The translations under genes were made by a program, and so were the position numbers. The notes below the pieces were generated by a model that was not told where the DNA came from, made no database searches, and worked only from the letters and a program-made list of their open reading frames with translations. Below, piece after piece: positions 62,654 through 64,000 of a DNA stretch of 64,000 nucleotides (position 1 is the stretch's first letter; every line of letters starts with the position of its first letter). The DNA is from a virus (Duplodnaviria; Heunggongvirae; Uroviricota; Caudoviricetes), in the IMG/VR virus record IMGVR_UViG_3300029705_000015. One strand, 5' to 3'.

Positions 62654-63025
62654 ATGGTGTATATTGCATTGCCACAAAAAACACATATACATACAACAAC
62701 AGAACCTGTTGATAAAGAGTGTTTGTGGGTATTGAGTGAGCCAAGTGAAACTATCAAGATTGATACTGAAGTCAGTCATGTTTCAGATGGTCTCGATGCT
62801 GCAGACTATCCATTTGTGGTAACTAATCCTGAAGTACATACTGTTTATGGATTCAATGTTGTTCCAACTGTTAAGTATTATAGTGCTTCAACATCTTGTT
62901 GGGAACAAGTATCTAATGAAACAGTTAGTTCTTGGATTCTTCCCTATGTTAATTCAATGGGAGCTGTTGTAGTTCGGCAAGCATATCAAACAAGTAAAAC
63001 AAATAGAATTCTGGAGGTTAGATAA
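62654..63025 (+). CDS. hypothetical protein
   Basis: ATG at 62654 after AAAGGA. Confidence 0.45.
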   Translation: MVYIALPQKTHIHTTTEPVDKECLWVLSEPSETIKIDTEVSHVSDGLDAADYPFVVTNPEVHTVYGFNVVPTVKYYSASTSCWEQVSNETVSSWILPYVNSMGAVVVRQAYQTSKTNRILEVR

Positions 63026-63963
63026 TGGCTGACGTTGTATTAAAGAACGAAGCTGGTGAAGACGTAACCTATTCTGGTGTTGCAGGAATCAACTTGCTCA
63101 ACGCCGATGGTACTACTTCAACATTTACTCAAGATAACTGTATCTGCAACAAGGGTGCTGTTCCTTATGGTAAGGAGTTGCCTTATACTTGGGCAGAACT
63201 TTCTGAAATTGTTAAGACTGGTGACTTCACTGGTATCAACATCGGAGATTACAAAACAATTACATTAGATGGTGGCGAAACAGTTGTATGTGAAGTTGCG
63301 GGTATTGATACTTACTACAATCGTGGATATGAAAATGCTCCAGGTTCTGGTTATTATCCCTGCGACCAACATCATATTGATTTCATTAGTAGAGATTGTT
63401 TAACCACAACTGATTATGTAATTTACAATGATGTACATGAGGATCCAGAAACAGGCGACTGGATTGTGTCTAATAACGGCACTTCAGCGCAGAAGAATCC
63501 ATTTATGGCTTCTCAGTTGTATCAAACATTGAACAATACAACCGATGGTTTGATTACAAAGTTGCCTGCTGATCTAAGAAACATAATTATCAATAAACAA
63601 GCTTACATGGAAGCAAGATATTCTTCTTCTGCATTGCTTGATAAAAATTCAGGAATGACTTGGTGCAATATGGGACCGTTGTGGCTTCCTACAGAGTTTG
63701 AAGTTTGGGGAAGACACACATACAGCGAAGCTGGTCCTAACGGAGTTAACAGTGGTTGTAACATTCAGTATCCAATCTTTAAGAATGGATTACAGCATAT
63801 CCTGAAGGGATATGGAAACGCTGGCGGGGTCGGCATCTGGTGGCTGGCGTCTGCGGCTGTTGGTGTCTCCGACGGTTTCTGCTGTGTCGGCAGCGACGGT
63901 TATGCCGGCTACGACACCGCGGACTTCTACTGTCTTGTGCCGCTGTGCTTCCGAATCGGTTAA
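63025..63963 (+). CDS. hypothetical protein (possibly structural, tail-fibre-like)
   Basis: Gly/Asn/Thr-rich ORF with ATGA overlap. Confidence 0.45.
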   Translation: MADVVLKNEAGEDVTYSGVAGINLLNADGTTSTFTQDNCICNKGAVPYGKELPYTWAELSEIVKTGDFTGINIGDYKTITLDGGETVVCEVAGIDTYYNRGYENAPGSGYYPCDQHHIDFISRDCLTTTDYVIYNDVHEDPETGDWIVSNNGTSAQKNPFMASQLYQTLNNTTDGLITKLPADLRNIIINKQAYMEARYSSSALLDKNSGMTWCNMGPLWLPTEFEVWGRHTYSEAGPNGVNSGCNIQYPIFKNGLQHILKGYGNAGGVGIWWLASAAVGVSDGFCCVGSDGYAGYDTADFYCLVPLCFRIG

Positions 63964-64000
63964 TCTGAATAATCCCGACTCCCTAAGTGGAGTCGGGCCT

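Overview
This is a gene-dense, AT-rich stretch of a large virulent phage genome. Almost every gene is on the + strand; the few minus-strand ORFs are shadow ORFs.

- **Layout:** a run of early-style small genes (1-9.4 kb and 12.9-21.9 kb), then a roughly 23-kb tRNA island (9.5-33.4 kb), then replication/topology and accessory genes. Gene starts use strong GGAGG-type ribosome binding sites.
- **tRNA island:** about 20 canonical tRNAs, several aberrant or fragmented tRNA-like elements, and four NUMOD3-type homing-endonuclease genes (one frameshifted).
- **Ro60/Y-RNA system:** a Ro60/TROVE-vWA RNA-binding protein gene is followed by repeated tRNA-mimic elements resembling bacterial YrlA-type Y RNAs.
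- **Replication and nucleotide metabolism:** T4-like type II topoisomerase subunits, a PurA-like adenylosuccinate synthetase (a PurZ candidate), a dNMP kinase, a phosphoribosyltransferase, an NT5C-like nucleotidase interrupted by an in-frame TAG, a HAD hydrolase, a radical SAM enzyme and a RelA/SpoT-type HD hydrolase.
- **Other genes:** DUF932, Lar, a YodL-like protein, an ASCH protein, an SPFH lipoprotein, a flotillin-like EA-repeat protein, a GC-rich M14 peptidase-domain protein, and many small zinc-ribbon proteins.
- **Paralog families:** a tandem array of five genes sharing an N-terminal FETNSSS[ST]H motif, and three small TRKRFIKLLMA proteins.
- **Regulatory repeats:** a sigma70-like promoter motif ((T)AGTTGAT/TTGAAT, 17-nt spacer, TATAAT) recurs more than 20 times, often immediately after hairpin terminators.
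- **Genetic code question:** TAG is a rare stop codon here and interrupts a conserved nucleotidase gene in frame, so amber recoding or suppression is possible.
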